Shown in pieces: positions 61,402-64,000 of a stretch of DNA of 64,000 bases (position 1 is the stretch's first letter; every line of letters begins with the position of its first letter). Made by a program: the position numbers and the translations under genes. Origin of the DNA: Lepidodermella squamata (Eukaryota > Animalia > Gastrotricha). The DNA is taken from the NCBI GenBank assembly GCA_047495785.1, contig JBLDXI010000011.1:1364001-1428000 (forward strand), read 5' to 3'. Below the pieces are notes generated by a model. It worked only from the letters and a program-made list of their open reading frames with translations, was not told where the DNA came from and did not search any database.

Positions 61402-62651
61402 ATGAAGTTCATCGCCACGCTTGCTTTCACGGCAGCCGCCGTGCTGGCCGCTAACCTGCCCAGTGGTCAGCAGCGAAAGCCGCATAAGCCGCCTATTGAT
61501 AGCGCCGACTGTCCGAACTGCACGGACACGACGGCAAACGCGACAAACAAGCAATTCATCAATATTTTCGGCAATCTAGGCGGCCTGAGTGGGTTGAGTG
61601 GTTATGACTCGGGCTATTCCTCTGGGTACTCCGGGTACTCCGGCTATCCGGCCTACTCCGGGTATTCGGGTTATTCGGGTTATTCCGGCGGGTCGTACAG
61701 GTATCGGCCGGCAGCTGCGGCTATAGCTGTCCCGATTTATGTCCCAGTCCCAGGGCCACCTGCGTGGAGCTCCTGGGCACCATCCCCGCCGTCTAACAGC
61801 TGGTCAGGTTGGTCTAGACCCGGCCCGCCTGGTCCGCCCGGTCCTCCGGGTCCTTCCGGAAATAACGTAAATATTTCGATTATTTTTTCGGAATTTTTGT
61901 TAAATTTTTCTATAGGGTTTCCCAGGTAACGATGGTAACACCGGCCCACCTGGTCCACCTGGTCAGAACGGTCAACAGGGTCCTCAGGGTCAAAGAGGTG
62001 AGTTGGGACCTTGAATTTCAAGTTTTTGCTGAATTTTATTGCTTTAAGGTCCACCTGGTGCGATGGGGCCGCCGGGTCAAAATGGCCAACAGGGTCAAAC
62101 AGGTCAAACAGGTGCGTGATAATATTCGACCTAATTATCACCCCACCGATTTGATTTTTTTCAGGGCCGATCGGACCACCTGGACAGAACGGACAGCCAG
62201 GCAACACAGGTAAAAAAATCCAGTTTAAATTCTGAAATAAATTAAGATTTTTTCCTATTTTACAGGGCCATCTGGACCTTCGGGTAAGATTTATCCATGC
62301 GTGACCTTTGACCTTATATGATTTTTTAAAGGACCTGCTGGGCCTCCTGGACCACCTGGTAAGTGCTAAAATTTAATTAGAAAATTTTGATCTTGAATTG
62401 CAATCTCTCAAGGTCCACCGGGTCCTCCTGGGCCCCCTGCTAGGCGCCAGGGTGGTGGGGCGAACCTTCTGAAAACGCAGACAATGGCGCCCACAACGAC
62501 ACCTACAACAACACGCCCGACTACAACAACAACGACCCGGCGCCGTGATCGCGGCACGCCGGCACCGAACAGCGCGCTCAAGCAGTTCGGCTCTGGATCA
62601 AGCAATAATAATGGCAGCAGCAACAGCAATAAAATTAACAGCAAAAATTGA
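61402..62651 (+). CDS. Short secreted collagen with (SGY)n N-terminus and Thr-rich tail (7 exons)
   Basis: Signal peptide MKFIATLAFTAAAVLAA, CPNC, SGYSGY repeats, Gly-X-Y domain over small exons (including 18 and 27 nt), TTTRPTTTTT tail. Confidence 0.88.
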
Positions 62652-62992
62652 ACCCGTGTGTGTGCTGTGTTCATTATAGCAATAACTGTGCCATTTTTTC
62701 AATAAAATACTTGACCTGAAATTTTTCTCGGGAATTAAAAAATTGTTGGCCAACAGCCAAAACTATTTTTTCATTATTTTAATTTTAATTTTTATTGAAA
62801 ACGAAATTTTTCAAAATTTTCGAAAAATTGGAGAATAAACTCTCAGCAGATTTATTGATAATTTTCGAAAAAAAATATATGTACTCTATCATATAATATC
62901 ACGAAATAATTTAATGCATTTCGATGTCATTCAACGTTTTTTTCCGTAAAATAATTATTGATATACATAGACACTAGTTCATCATTCGATGT

Positions 62993-64000
62993 TTATCGGC
63001 GTAGCTTTTTTCGTTTCTTCTTATCTTCTAAGTCTTGATCGGGGTCGATAAGTTCTTCACTGCTGCTGCTGCGCCGGCGCGGGAAGCGGCCTCTCTCGAA
63101 TTCGCGGAACAAAGCGGCGACGTAGTCGCGAATTTGAACCAGGTTCAGCCTACCCGGCGCGCCAGGCGGGCCCTGATCGCCCTTTTTGCCCTTTTTGCCG
63201 CGTGAGCCTTAATAAAAAATATAAAAATCGATATTATATTTTCTAGAAAAATAATTTAAACCGCAAATAAAAATTTCAATTTTTAAAAATTATTTTGTTC
63301 AAATCGGAATAGACAAATTTAGATATAATACAAAAATGACTCACCTTTGGGTCCTGGCGGGCCGAAGAAAATTGCCAAGGAAAAACGAAAAATTAGGAAA
63401 TTGCGAAAAATGAAATTTTGAAATCATACCCGGCAAGCCGACTCCTTTAGTGCAGAAAAAAGAGACACCGTATTTAACGACTGGAACATTTTCAGCTTTT
63501 AAATTCTTTACCTCTATCACCTTTGGGACCTTTGGTTTAAAAAAATATATTTTACTTTCCATTTCAGGGTGAAATTTTTGAAAAAATTACCTGGCGCGCC
63601 AACACCTTTGAAAATTGAAAAAAATTTAATTAATAGTTTTAATTTCAATTTTTTCAATTTATTTTACCTCTATCGCCTTTTTCGCCCTTAGTGCCTGGGA
63701 GGAAATACAAACTTGTGAAAAGAGCTTTGAAACGAGGGGCGTAAATTTACCTGGACCTGTGCCGACTATTTAGAAAAAAATTGAAAATTGAACAATCAAT
63801 TTTAAAAAATTGATCCCTTCAGTTTTACTCACCTATTGGGGTACCTAAATAAAAATGGGAGAAACTCATAATAATTAAAATAGTTAAAATTAAAGTTTAC
63901 CTGGCTCTCCTTTCACTCCTATCGACAAGAATTGAAAAATATAATTTTATGACTAGGGGTTTTTGCAGAATCTCTTACCGTCCTTGCCTAAAATAAAAAA
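62993..64000 (-). CDS. 3' part of a micro-exon collagen gene (5' end lies outside the window)
   Basis: Eight successive phase-1 micro-exons encoding GKD, GVKGEP, GTPI, VGTGP, GTKGEKGDR, GVGAP, GPKGDR, GVGLP. Then G(PPG)PK and a terminal exon 63207-62993 (GSRGKKGKKGDQ...KKKRKKLRR*). Confidence 0.85.

Noticed and set aside
63345-63370. Non-canonical CG acceptor giving an 18-nt GPPGPK exon
   Set aside because: A canonical AG 9 nt further in gives an in-frame 9-nt exon; this cannot be decided without cDNA.

Overview
Eukaryotic window from an invertebrate animal with a compact genome (AT-rich 50-100 bp GT-AG introns, an internal TTAGGG tract). The ORF track splits most genes, so I rebuilt the exons by hand. 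Genes in order: two near-intronless class C (GABA-B-like) GPCRs; a divergent Cys-loop anion channel; a Lys-rich C-type lectin; an alpha1-like collagen IV; a tandem trio of unrecognised secreted six-Cys proteins; an FN3 plus Penelope-type GIY-YIG fusion; an Emi1/FBXO5-like gene; ZDHHC17; an atypical SLC6 transporter; two orphan LxxIxE proteins; and three short collagens, two of them with 9-nt micro-exons. The strongest unexplained signal is a co-oriented cluster of six ~95-nt structured units at 41.5-49.7 kb, antisense to the SLC6 gene. Each has a conserved 41-nt head containing AAG|GTATGT, a 27-29 nt hypervariable segment and a covarying GNRA hairpin followed by TTT. The best fit is a spliced-leader or snRNA-type RNA gene family. 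One copy is split by a Harbinger-type MITE and a young LINE lies just upstream of another. All family assignments come from motif recognition; no searches were run.
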